Under the pieces are notes generated by a model. That model was not told where the DNA came from and did no database searches. It saw only the letters and a program-made list of their open reading frames with translations. DNA of 64,000 bases from the human T2T-CHM13v2.0 reference genome, Homo sapiens: assembly GCF_009914755.1 (NCBI RefSeq), contig NC_060929.1. One strand, given 5' to 3'. How positions within the stretch are numbered: the stretch's first letter is position 1; each line of letters opens with the position of its first letter. A program made the position numbers and the translations under genes. Positions 17,096-29,608 of this stretch are shown in pieces.

Positions 17096-18112
17096 ATGGG
17101 GAAAAAACAGAACAGAAAAACTGGAAACTCTAAAAAGCAGAGCGCCTCTCCTCCTCCAAAGGAACACAGTTCCTCACCAGCAACGGAACAAAGCTGGATG
17201 GAGAATGACTTTGATGAGCTGAGAGAAGAGGGCTTCAGACGATCAAATTATTCTGAGCTACGGGAGGACATTCAAACCAAAGGCAAAGAAGTTGAAAACT
17301 TTGAAAAAAATTTAGAAGAATGTATAACTAGAATAACCAATACAGAGAAGTGCTTAAAGGAGCTGATGGAGCTGAAAACCAAGGCTCGAGAACTACGTGA
17401 AGAATACAGAAGCCTCAGGAGCCGATGCGATCAACTGGAAGAAAGGGTATCAGCAATGGAAGATGAAATGAATGAAATGAAGCGAGAAGGGAAGTTTAGA
17501 GAAAGAAGAATAAAAAGAAATGAGCAAAGCCTCCAAGAAATATGGGACTATGTGAAAAGACCAAATCTACGTCTGATTGGTGTACCTGAAAGTGATGGGG
17601 AGAATGGAACCAAGTTGGAAAACACTCTGCAGGATATTATCCAGGAGAACTTCCCCAATCTAGCAAGGCAGGCCAACATTAAGTTTCAGAAAATACAGAG
17701 AACGCCACAAAGATACTCCTCGAGAAGAGCAACTCCAAGACACATAATTGTCAGATTCACCAAAGTTGAAATGAAGGAAAAAATATTAAGGGCAGCCAGA
17801 GAGAAAGGTCGGGTTACCCTCAAAGGGAAGCCCATCAGACTAACAGCGGATCTCTCGGCAGAAACCCTACAAGCCAGAAGAGAGTGGGGGCCAATATTCA
17901 ACATTCTTAAAGAAAAGAATTTTCAACCCAGAATTTCATATCCAGCCAAACTAAGCTTCATAAGCGAAGGAGAAATAAAATACTTTACAGACAAGCAAAT
18001 GCTGAGAGATTTTGTCACCACCAGGCCTGCCCTAAAAGAGCTCCTGAAGGAAGCACTAAACATGGAAAGGAACAACCGGTACCAGCCGCTGCAAAATCAT
18101 GCCAAAATGTAA
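17096..18112 (+). CDS. L1 ORF1p, full-length open 338 aa
   Basis: MGKKQNRKTGNSK...LQNHAKM, with the MEL stammer and REKG, ARR and YPAKLS motifs intact. Expression unknown. Confidence 0.9.
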   Translation: MGKKQNRKTGNSKKQSASPPPKEHSSSPATEQSWMENDFDELREEGFRRSNYSELREDIQTKGKEVENFEKNLEECITRITNTEKCLKELMELKTKARELREEYRSLRSRCDQLEERVSAMEDEMNEMKREGKFRERRIKRNEQSLQEIWDYVKRPNLRLIGVPESDGENGTKLENTLQDIIQENFPNLARQANIKFQKIQRTPQRYSSRRATPRHIIVRFTKVEMKEKILRAAREKGRVTLKGKPIRLTADLSAETLQARREWGPIFNILKEKNFQPRISYPAKLSFISEGEIKYFTDKQMLRDFVTTRPALKELLKEALNMERNNRYQPLQNHAKM

Positions 18113-18175
18113 AGACCATCAAGACTAGGAAGAAACTGCATCAACTAACGAGCAAAATAACCAGGTAACAACATA

Positions 18176-18405
18176 ATGACAGGATCAAATTCACACATAA
18201 CAATATTAACTTTAAATGTAAATGGACTAAATGCTCCAATTAAAAGACACAGACTGGCAAATTGGATAAAGAGTCAAGACCCATCAGTGTGTTGTATTCA
18301 GGAAACCCATCTCACGTGCAGAGACACACATAGGCTCAAAATAAAAGGATGGAGGAAGATCTACCAAGCAAATGGAAAACAAAAAAAGGCAGGGGTTGCA
18401 ATCCT
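18176..18405 (+). pseudogene. L1 ORF2p N-terminal 77 codons (EN residues N14, E43), running on into ERV sequence
   Basis: MTGSNSHITILTLNVNG...KKAGVAIL, then non-L1 GAILSHKRRK. Confidence 0.92.
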
Positions 18406-18963
18406 AGGAGCCATTTTAAGCCACAAAAGAAGGAAAATTATCATAGAAACCAGTTAAGGTTGTCAAGAGGTACTGCCTCTCTTCCTCTTGGGAACGATGT
18501 TTTCCCTACTTCTTTGCCTTCATTTTTTTTCTCTTTTTCTTTTAGTCCTACTCTAGGAGCTATATTGCTCATCTCCAAATTTCTCTGCTGCCTACAGAGC
18601 TGCTTGCTTCTCCGCTGTGGTTAGGGTTTGACTTAGGAGCAGCATAACATCCTGTCATGTCAAATACCTGAGTTAAATTTTGGAAGCTTCTATATACCTA
18701 TCAGGGTCGTTAGAAATTGGTCTAAGTCTCCCTTTATTTGCCTAAGGTCCTGTAATAAGAAGGAAACTTGAGAGGGCCCCAAATAAGGGGGATCCTCAGA
18801 TTGTTGCCCTGGCAGATGCTTCTCTAACTTTGGAGAATCATTCTCTATAGGCCTGCCTGATAGGACTACTGAAACAGCTAGGTTGATTTTGTAATGCTTG
18901 CCAAAGTCTGGGTTGTCTCTCAGACCTTGGCAAGCAACACTGGGTTGTGTAAAAAAAAGTGCA

Positions 18964-18992
18964 AACAACAACAACAACAACAACAACAACAA
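18964..18992. repeat. (AAC)n microsatellite inside the gag remnant
   Basis: Seen directly; reads as poly-Leu in the gag frame. Confidence 0.9.
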
Positions 18993-20693
18993 AACCTGTA
19001 CAGAAGTCACCTTGGGCCATTTGCCTTCCTGTCTGCAAAAAAGATCTAATTGTTGGATAATATTAAAATTAAGGCTCCTTTCCACAGGCCAAGCTGGTTC
19101 AAGAGGATAAGAAGACCATGCCCTTGTCCGAAAGAAAATGAGCCGCTTTTTCTCTAAAGTTTCAGGGTGAAAGGAGTTGCAGTGCTTCAGAATGCACTCC
19201 AGGGGAGTGTAGGCTGAAGATGATACCCAGCTAGAAACAGAAGTGAGAAAAATTCATCTCGTTAGTCTCCTTCCTTTTGGTGTGACCTGGGATGGAGAGG
19301 AAGACAGTGGGGGCATCCCCCCTGCTGTTTTCTCCCCATGGTTCCTGGGTCCTGGCACCTTGTTGAACATGTGACTCATGGTGGCAGGTGTGACCCCCCC
19401 CAGCCATGGAACCAGAGGAACTAAGCCATTGGGGTTAGTCGCGCTCACCCAACTGGCTCTAGTTCTCTGCCTGTGATTTCTCTGACTTCCTAGACTTTTG
19501 TGACCTGCCTGGCTCCCTGAAAAATGGATCTCAAGAAAAGCTACATAATAGTTGGTCAAGGCCCCTTTAATGAAGGGGGTGTGCTAGATTGAACTCTATA
19601 TCCTGCTATTATGGCCTGTGCTGAAGTGTTTACTCTTAGAGAATGGTTCCGGTTAACTTCTGAACTTAAAATCTCCTTTCTAATTAAGTGCCACTCTAAA
19701 TAGAAGCAGAATAAGTGCCTTAAAAGAATGTAGCAACCAAATGACCATTTTCCTTCTGATGGGACAGTATTGAGACTAAAATTTGGCTTTGGAGGGAATT
19801 TTACCCCTAATCGTTGAAGGCCGAATTTTCCCATTTACAGAAGCAGCACGAAGCCTGGTTTTTAGTAGAGAGGCGCAAAAAGGGAAGAGAATTGGGAAGC
19901 AAGGGTGTTTCAGTAAAGGACTGACAATGTGCCTCATGGAGAGGATCTCTATTCCACTAGGTGGTGCTGTTGACCTTGAAACACCATGTGCTCTCCAGAC
20001 CAAGGGTGGAGAGAGACCTGGAAATGCCACGTGCTTTCCAGACCAAGGGCAAAGAGAGATGCTCAGTGTCCAGGCGGCAGGGTGGGGGTTGGGGACGGTC
20101 TCTGTCCTTAGAAAATCACAAAGATGCCTTCCCCTGAGGTATATTTCCAGTTACTATTACATTCTTTGATCTTGCCAAACAAGATTACTTCCCTGAACTA
20201 TAGAACTTCCCACACATTGCATACACAGAGAGGATAAGAGGTACGACGATTGCGGACAGAAAAGGAAGAAATTATGATAGGAAAGTGGGAGATCCTGTTG
20301 TTGACACCCCATTGGGGCGGTCAGAGGCTGGGGTCAGTCCAGAAGTCTTTGGATAACACTGGCGGGACCCCTGGCCAGAAATCCTCAGTTGCCACAGGAC
20401 TTCTTCCAGTCCCACGTGACGGCTAAGTCCTTCATGAAAAGAAGCTGGTTTAAACATAGCCAATATGCCCAGCAACCCTTGGGTATTGGAGAATTCTCCA
20501 TGTTCTTCCGAGCAAGCCTGTTCCCGAATCTTGTAAGGCTGGCATTCATGCTAATCATTTTTAAATGGCTGAAGGGATTCCAGTAATTGGTTTTATTTGG
20601 TTCTAAAATGAAGGCCAAAAGCCTCAGAATAAAAGGACAGAGTTGGAGTCCTCTCCTCTACTCTCATCATTTTGATGAATGTTATACATTGGT

Positions 20694-20711
20694 ATCCCAG
20701 ACGAGCCCCCA
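20694..20711 (-). promoter_or_regulatory. tRNA-Pro primer binding site
   Basis: Minus strand TGGGGGCTCGTCTGGGAT is 17/18 identical to the canonical PBS-Pro TGGGGGCTCGTCCGGGAT, 3 nt from the LTR end. Confidence 0.92.
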
Positions 20712-20714
20712 TTT

Positions 20715-21287
20715 TGAAGTGGCTATGTTGTCTGGGGTGTGTATACACTGGGGTTTGTTGTCACGTGCCAGGAAAATTTAGGATATGGACACACATGAGG
20801 AGTTTAGGAGCAGAGGTTTAATGGGTAGGAGAGAAGACAAAGAGAAACAGCTTCCTCTATAGAGGAAGGGGTCTCCAAGCGGAAAAGACCAGCTGGTGGT
20901 GAATCCATCGAGTTTTATAGTCCAGTTTGAGGAAGTGGTGTCTGATTTACATAGAGCTCATAGATTGGTTTGATCAGATATGACGTTTGCATGGTGCGCA
21001 GGGAAGCCTAATCTTTTTATGCAACTGGGCTTTCCAGTTGATTAGCGCCATCTTGTCTGCTCCTTTACAGTACACCTGGCTGGCAAAGAAGGGAAGATGG
21101 AACCACCATCTTGAACATATCTAATCCTTAGTTCCTGCCAGCATCCACCTGTGCAAACTTCCAGCTTGCAGGGTGCTTTTTGTTAGAAAATGATTTGGGG
21201 CTGCTTTTCATTAAAAATAAAAGCCTTACTGAGGACTCCCATACCCTTGCTCTCTGCCTAAGTGATTTTTTCTTAACTCTTATATCA
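20715..21287 (-). mobile_element. ERV1 5' LTR (MER61-like)
   Basis: Element strand begins TGATATAAGAGTTAAGAA and ends CCACTTCA next to the PBS; TG...CA termini. Confidence 0.8.
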
Positions 21288-21589
21288 GTGATTTATTCTT
21301 TAAATGTAGGGGTGTGTGGCTTAACATTTGTCTAGTATGCCCTTTGGTCCTGTTTTTAATTTGATATCTTATTGCCCCAAAAAGTCTGTTCTTTCAGCCA
21401 TACAATCTCTATTTTTAACATGAATGCTGGTCAGTTGTGTCTAAACTCAAAAAGGGAGAAGGTATAATGAGATATGTCTGACCTGCTGTCCTGTCACGGC
21501 TGGGAACTCAGTGTTAAGGTTTTTTTGGAGTTTCCTTGGCCACAGGGCGTCCCTTCAGTCAGTGGGGGGCTTAGTATTTTACGTTTATA
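21288..21589 (-). mobile_element. Partial older MER4-group LTR
   Basis: GCTGGTCAGTTGTGTCTAAACTC...GGGGGGCTTAGTATTTT resembles reverse-complemented MER4-group/LOR1-type LTR 5' ends. Confidence 0.55.
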
Positions 21590-22259
21590 GGCATTAGAAG
21601 TTCATTACAATTTTAGCTGGTTTGTCTTTACCTTCATCTGCGGTGGATTTCTTCTTGTCCTACAGCTCTTCCAAAGCTAAAAACCCCCAAAGTTTTTCTC
21701 TCCTCAGATGAGCTTATCATGATTAAAATTTACCTCATTTAGATATCTTTGTGCCTTGGGCTTTGTGATTTTAAAAACTAAAACAAAACAAAACTAGAAT
21801 CTTATTGTTTATCCAGCTTGTTCTCATTATTAGGATAGTAGCAACAGTCTTTTTGTGGCTTTCTACATCTTAATTGGTAGTAGAGTGACCCCACTGGAAT
21901 TTTCCTGGGAAACTAGTGTTAAGCTAATTAATAATTTTGGCAAAAATTGATAACTCAAAGTATCCAAACTTACCATCCTGAAACATACTCTAACTCTCCA
22001 CTTAAATGTTTATATAGTTTGACCTGGGTCCTAGTTTTAGCCATTGATCCTAATAATTTTTTCTTAAAGAGTAGTTAAAGATAAGAATGTTTGAATATAG
22101 CAGCATTTTTGTTATGTGTAAAACTGAAAAAGCCTAAATGTGTAATAATATGAATGATTTAATACATTACAATTCTTTCCTGTGTTGAATTTTTTTAGTG
22201 AAGAAAAATCACATTTTTGACGCCTGTATAACAACATGGAAAAAGTTCAGGTTTTATTT

Positions 22260-23255
22260 TTTCAAAACATACTTATTGAGAATTTGTTAAATTTCAAATA
22301 TCATAGCAAGGGCTAACTATGCCTAGATAAATAAAATATACAATGTTTCTGTCTGGATTGAGTTTATAATCTGGTGAAAGAGATAAAGAAGCAAACAAAT
22401 ATAAAATCATAAACCTTGATGTAATACCAAGTAAATGAAAGGGATGATATTTCTAATATCAATCTGTTAGAAACATAAAACCAAATTAATTAGAAAGATG
22501 CGGTCATATAACAAGTGGAAAGAAAAACAGTTCAGGCAGTGGGAACAGCATGTGAAGACCCTAGAAAGAGCTAGAGCTGCATATATGGTTTTTGGATTAA
22601 TGGAAGGTTGCAGGACTAAAAAAAACACATTCAGCAAATAGGGGAGTCAGGACGTAGAAGACTGAATAGAAGTCAGAGATCTGTCCATTCACTGCTTTGC
22701 AAGGCTTCAAAGGCAAGGGGTTTAGATTTGTTTCGTAGTGAAAGTGTTTCTCATGTAAGTGTTTGAACTGATTTTAAACACAATCTGGTTTATGTTGTTG
22801 CAAAAATAAAAAGTCTTTTGAGTGGAGAATTGATGAAAGAGAGGCATAAGTAAGAAGACTAGACAAGAGGCTACCTGGTAGTCCAGGTGAGAAAGAAAAG
22901 TGGCATAAATAGATTGCAGTTTCTTTCATAAACGGCGTCAATATCTGAGACATGTTTTGGAAGTAGAATGGCTAGGATTTTCTAATAATTTGGATGGGGG
23001 CATGAAAAGAGAAGTCAGGGTTGATTTCCAGGTTTGTGGCTTAAGGAGAAAATAGGTGGAAAGTGATACTAATTTCTGAGATAAGGGAGATGAAGAGATA
23101 GAAAGTGTAGGAAATGGGATGCTTTAAATCAAGTCCTTTGTTTTAGATATGTTGATCTTCATATCCATGTGGGGCTGCCAGCCAGGAAGTTGGATTTGAA
23201 GCTGATGGGGAGGTTTAAGCTGAGGCTAATTTAGGAAGCTGTCAGCACATATTTT
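22260..23255 (-). mobile_element. L2 fragments
   Basis: Degenerate L2 motifs (GTCCAGGTGAGA, GATTTCCAGGTTTGTGGCTT, TTTTAGATATGTTGA). Boundaries approximate. Confidence 0.6.
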
Positions 23256-23978
23256 TAAGTGAGAAAAAGCAAAGCATAATAAAGTATGTATTTTGTGATC
23301 TCAATTATAGTGAAGCATATGCAACTATATGCAAAATACAATGTTATTGGCAGTTGTCTATGGGGGTGGAATTATGATTGGATTTCCTTCTTTCTTTGTG
23401 ACCTTCAATATTTACTGAATATATAAACAAATATTACTTTAAAGGTAATTTATTAGAAGTATTCAGGAGTACAATATAGTCTCTGAGACTCTAGGAATAG
23501 CTACTGCTTCCTTCTTTCTTATGATTTCCTTGACCCTCTCTGCATATTGATTTCTCTCCTCCACTCAAAACATTGGGTTTCAATAAGAAAAAAAGCCATC
23601 TAAAATACTGTAATAGTCTTTTATTATTTGGTGGTTAGTGTTATAGAAGAGAAACTGAAGTCTTTGTACTTTCTTTTCAATCTACAAACATATATAATAA
23701 TTCTTGGTATTTGGCTATTATTTTTTCTGTTATTGTTGAATATTTTCAATATGCATTTTCAGAATTTAAAATTTTTTTTACCAATAAATTATTTTCTATT
23801 TTTTTTAGAAGTACTAAACTTCATGCCAAAGGATTTATCTATTGAGTATATATGTACACCTCCCACCAACACACACATTGGTCTTCTTTTTGAGCTTCCT
23901 TTAATGTCTTTCATCTTTTCTTTAGTTATTTCATTGCCTTTCCTTTTTTTGTGTCTTTTGTATAAGACTTGCCTTTTT

Positions 23979-24960
23979 GGGAGGTTCCAAGATGACTGAA
24001 TAGGAACAGCTCCTGTCTACAGCTCCCAGCATGAGTGACACAGAAGATGGGTGATTTTTGCATTTCCAACTGAGGTACCGGGCTCATCTCATTGGGGCTT
24101 GTCGGACAGTGGGTGCAGCCCACAGAGCATGAGCTGAAGCAGGGTGGGGAATCACCTCAACTGGGAAGCACAAGGGGTTGAGGAATTCCCTTTCCTAGCC
24201 AAGGGAAGCCGTGACAGGCAGTACCTGGAAAATTGGGACACTCCCACCCTAATACTGTGTTTTTCCAACAGTCTTAGCAAATGGCACATCAGGAGATTAT
24301 ATCCCGTGCCTGGCTCGGAGGGTCCCATACCCATGGAACCTTGCACACTGCTGGTACAGCAGTCTGATATCAAACTGCAAGGCAGCAGCGACGCTGGGGG
24401 AGGGGCGTCCGCCATTGCTGAGGCTTGAGTAGGTAAACAAAGCAGCCGGGAAGCTTGAACTGGGTGGAGTCCACCACAGCTCAAGGAGGCCTGCCTGCCT
24501 CTGTAAACTCCACCTCTGGGGGCAGGGCATAGGCAAACAAAAGGCAGCAAACACTTCTGCAGACTTAAACATCCCTGTCTGACAGCTTTGAAGAGAGTAG
24601 TGGTTCTCCCAGCATGGCGTTTGAGATCTGAGAATGGACAGATCCCAAGAAATATGGGACTTTGTGAATAGACCAAATCTACATCTCCCTGGTGTACCTG
24701 AAAGTGACAGGAAGAATGGAACCAAGTTGGAAAACACTCTTCAGGATATTATACAGGAGAACTTCCCCAACCTAGCAAGGCAGGCCAACATTCAAACTCA
24801 GGAAATACAGAGAATGCCACAGAGATATTGCTCAAGAAGAGCAACTCCAAGACACATAATTATCAGATTCACCAAAGTCGAAATGAAGGAAAAAATGTTA
24901 AGGGCAGCCAGAGAGAAAGGTTGGGTTACCCACAAAGGGAAGCCCATAAGACTAACAGTG
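23979..24960 (+). mobile_element. L1PA 5' end (older than L1PA3) with an internal deletion joining the 5'UTR to the ORF1 RRM; 3' part missing
   Basis: GGGAGGTTCCAAGATGACTGAATAGGAACAGCTCC start. Junction GAATGGACAGA/TCCCAAGAAATATGGG at about 24640. Stops at KGKPIRLT. Confidence 0.92.
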
Positions 24961-24970
24961 AGACTAAAGA

Positions 24971-25200
24971 CTCACTGCAAGCTCCGCCTCCCGGGTTCAC
25001 GCCATTCTCCTGCCTCAGCCTCCCAAGTAGCTGGGACTATAGGCGCCTGCCACCACGCCCGGCTAATTTTTTTTGTATTTTTAGTAGAGACGGGGTTTCA
25101 CCGTGTTAGCCAGGATGGTCTCGATCTCCTGACCTCGTGATCCACTCACCTCGGCCTCACAAAGTGCTGGGATTACAGGTGTGAGCTACCACACCCAGCC
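24971..25200 (-). mobile_element. AluY lacking its 3' end and A tail
   Basis: Starts abruptly at CTCACTGCAAGCTCCGCCTCCCGGG and ends ACACCCAGCC. Confidence 0.9.
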
Positions 25201-25234
25201 CCATTTTAGTATCTTAATCTCCTCCTTTTAAGTT

Positions 25235-25690
25235 ATTATTTTACAGCTTCTGCAGGTCAAAAGTTTGGGTGCAATAAGCTGGATTTTCTGCTCTGGGTCT
25301 CACAAAATGAAATTCCCTGTGTCAGCAGGGTGAGGCTCTTTTCTGGAGACCTTGCAGACCTGAGGTCCCCATCTGTTTGCAGGCTGCCAGCCAGGGTCTG
25401 CTGACTGCTCCTGGAAGCTTCTTGCATTCACTATCACAGTGCCTCTCTCATCAAAGCCCCAATGGCATGTAGGCATGTGGGGTCCTCCTTATATCTTGAA
25501 TCTCTTCTCTCTGGCATTTTTTTTTCTACTTCTCTCTCCTGCTTTTAAAAGCTCACATATATTGCACCCACAGATAATACAGGATAATCTCTTTATCTTA
25601 AGGTCAACTGATTAGTAACATTAATTGCATCTACAAAGTCCCCTTTTCCCTGTACCATAACAGAACTCACAAAAGCCAGAGATCATGGAG
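25235..25690 (-). mobile_element. Old MLT1 LTR fragment
   Basis: ACAGCTTCTGCAGGTCA...GATAATACAGGATAATCTC...TTAATTGCATCTACAAAGTCCC. Boundaries approximate. Confidence 0.6.
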
Positions 25691-27030
25691 GCAAAATAAT
25701 GCCCACATAGGACCCTTCCCAGAATATATGGGAAGGAATGAGAGAAAAGAACAAGGGTGACAGAGACAGATACACATTTAGAGGGCCAAGTCATTTGTTC
25801 TTCAACAAAAAGCAAGCATGAGCTGTGTACTGTTACTTTAATTTAACTTACTACAAATAATTAAATGACTAATGTAGTTCAGGATTATGTATGTGATAAA
25901 CATGCCCTAAAAGATGAAATATTATGCAAAAAATGAGTAGCCTTAAAATCCCTATAAGCTTTATACTGCAGGCATTTTTGTGGCTTTCAAGCAAAAATGT
26001 AAGGGTTAGTAAGTTATTTAGGAGAAACAGTCTTCTGGATAGTAGATTCAAAATTAGAGAAGAAAAAAATACCTTTGTTTAGTCTTCTTAATAAGTAGTC
26101 ATTAAATAAAATATGAGGGTAAATTAGATTTTAGAAGAAGGAAGGAAGGATGAAAGGAAAAAAATTACCAAGTGAGTACATTTCTGTGAGTCAAAGAAGC
26201 AAGTTAATTTAAACACATGCACACATAAAATTTATAAAGGTTCAATGAACTGAGTCAGAGTACACATCTGAATTCACCTGGTTTATGTAATATTTGGGGT
26301 GGACAGTAAATAAGCACAAACTCCAGAGTATATCTTTCTGAACTATAATTATGTGCACTCTGATTACAATAGAATGCAGACACTATTATCAAAGGAGAAC
26401 AAACTAAACTAAAAAGCCCATCAGGTTCATGCAGACAGTATCTCTTAGAAGCTGCCTACTTCTAGGTTTTTGCAGTTGACTTTCATGCCAATGCTCTTTC
26501 ACTTTGCACCCACTTATCATTTTTCAGTTTAAAAAGATGAAATGATGCCAGGGAAAATAAGCCAAAGTTTTTATTGCAACTTTTTTTTTTTTTTTCTTAA
26601 AGAAATCAAAAGCTTCTTGGGAAAAAAAAGCAATGTAAAAGTGGGTTTACAAAGTCTTTCTCTTCTAAAGCTGAACAAAATTCTAAACAAAAAGCAAAGT
26701 TTTAAAAAGGCAAAGGAAAAAAGTCACATCACTCTGGAAACTAAGGAATTTTAGTCACATAGAGAATGCATTAGGTAAAGTGGGATGAACACACCAAAAC
26801 CCAGTATTCAATTCTCTTCAAGAAAGATGTTCATTATTGAAGCTGAGACCACCCCCTTGACCATGCTCCATAAAAGTTATAATCAATCAATAGAATAGAA
26901 GATCATGAGACAACATAGTGAACTAGAAAAGTTGTCATCGCTAAAAAAAGTATTGAAGGTCATACACAATTTTAATACTGATGATATAGAATATCAGTTC
27001 TTAGAGCCAGTTTTGGCCTTGAGAAAACTA

Positions 27031-27537
<507 letters not shown>

Positions 27538-28512
27538 TCATATCTCAAAATGTTCACCATATATGTTACAGGCAAATTTACTGGAAAAAAAATGATGAAT
27601 TATCCTAACCAAATACTAAATTATGGAATTCCAAAGAACAACAAGAATAGCTCATTGGTTGTTGAGAATAAATATTAAAAGGAAAGTAAAACTAAATAAT
27701 GGACAAAAATACCATGATATGTTTCAAAATATATTATCTTTGTTTTTTGGAAAAAATACTATAGTACCCTAAATATATGATACATTTGGTGCTTGGTTTA
27801 AAAAAATCCAAAGATTAGTTTAGTTCTCCAAGCCAAATGTACTTGTTCAGTTTTTCCTTTTTCTCTTAGGAGGCCCCAAAGGAGTCTTAATATGTAATAG
27901 CATTCTTTCCCATCTAGTCCTGAACAATTTTAGAAAATAACAAAAGTGACACTCATGGTCAGATAAAAAGACGTGGCTTTATCCAAGTCTATTAGCCAAG
28001 TATGGTTATCAATACCAGACATCAGAATTAGGCAGAACTATCCATGGAGAGACCCAAACAGGTTTGGACCCAGGCAAGCATCCCCCAGTAGATGAGCCAT
28101 GGAACCTGTATTCAAACATATGTTACCATACTCAGCTCATTTCCTCCTACCTCTTTTGGTCTCTATGCTGTTCCTGCCTCTTGCTTCCAATTGTAAATGT
28201 CAGAGTGTCTGAGGATTTAGACGTTGGATGACATCTGTTCTTCTGACTACACTCATTCTCTAAATGGTCTCATCATGTCCCACAACTTTAAATCCTGTCT
28301 CTGAGCTGAGGTTAAGCTTAAGCTTTTCCTCTGAACTCCAGAATCATGTGTTCACCCCCCATTCAATCTACTTGGATGTATAATAGGCACCTCAAACTTA
28401 ATATGTTTAAACTGAACTCTTGATCTTTTCTCCCCACCTTCACCCCAAACAGCTCCTTTCCTAGTCTTTCCCACCTCAGTTAATGGTAAATCCATTCTTC
28501 AGTTGTTCAGGT

Positions 28513-29292
28513 TGAGGACTAAGATCTAATTTTTTTTATCTTGCTCAAATTCCTATCTCAGGTGTGTGGGGACTCATGCCCTAGAAATTCTTATCAGAAT
28601 TCTTATCAGGGTTTTATTTAGCCATATATATTGGGGCTTACTTTCCAATATGACTCTGGCATAATATTATGAGACACGGAAGAAAATAAAAATATTTTAC
28701 CCCAAAACATGTTTCTCTGCCATATCTTGAAATGGCTCTGCAAAGCCATCCTTTGTGGGAGAAAATCTGCATCTGTAAGGAATCTCTATTAACATAGCTA
28801 GATCTTTTACTTCCAGGCCCTCCCAATCCTGAAGAGATTAACTAAAAGTCTAGTACCTTTCAAAGATCTGAATAGGAAACATTTGTCATTTATTGTCTCT
28901 AAGGGGAGCCACTATAAGACTTCAGAAGAACCTTGGTCTCCACAATCTTTGATCTTAACCTGAACATTTCCTTTCTGTGATCCCAGGTCTTTAGACAAAC
29001 TCAACCAATTGTGAACCAGAAAATGTTTAAATTGACCTATAGCCTGGAAGCCCCCACTCCCCTCACCTTTGAGTTGTCCTGCCTTTCTGGACCAAGCCAA
29101 TGCATTTCTTAAATGTATTTAATTGATGTCTCATGCCTCCCTAAAATGTATAAAACCAAGCTGTACCTCGACCACCTTGGGCACATTTTCTCAGGACCTC
29201 CTGAGGGCTGTGTCATGGGCCATGGTCACTCATATTTGGCTCAGAATAAATCTCTTCAAATATTTTACAGAGTTTGACTCTTTTCACCAACA
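28513..29292 (+). mobile_element. MER4-family (MER4D/E-like) ERV1 solo LTR with 4-bp TSD AGGT
   Basis: TGAGGACTAAGATCT...AATAAATCTCTTCAAATATTTTACAGAGTTTGACTCTTTTCACCAACA, with AGGT at 28509-28512 and 29293-29296. Confidence 0.88.
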
Positions 29293-29608
29293 AGGTCAAA
29301 ACCTTTTAAATCCTTGATATCTATCTTTCTGTACGCTGCATGTAATGTATCAGCAAATTTTGTCAGTCATACTTCAAATAAATCCAGAATCCAGCTCTTT
29401 CTCACAACCTTCACTGCTAGCACCATCATCACTCCTCTGGATTATTGCAATAACTGCTTAACTCTAATCCCTTTTTCAGTGCCCCTACCCTCCACAAGTC
29501 TTATCTCAGGAGTTAAAACACAAGCCAAATTAGGCTGCCTCTCTGCTCCAGTCACTCTGCATTCCTTGCTGTTCTTCAAACTCAGGAGACATTCTCTGCT
29601 TTAAGGCC

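Larger units (their letters stand above)
18406..20714 (-). mobile_element. ERV1 leader plus gag remnant
   Basis: ORF 18690-19085 SLNFNIIQQLDLFCRQEGKW...LRDNPD...DLRQIKGDL is gamma-type (HERV9/W-like) Gag matrix; it lies downstream of the PBS. Confidence 0.85.

Noticed and set aside
18690-19085. Membrane protein with a poly-Leu segment or domesticated Gag
   Set aside because: Short decayed gag fragment. The Leu run is an (AAC)n microsatellite and the frame is lost soon afterwards.
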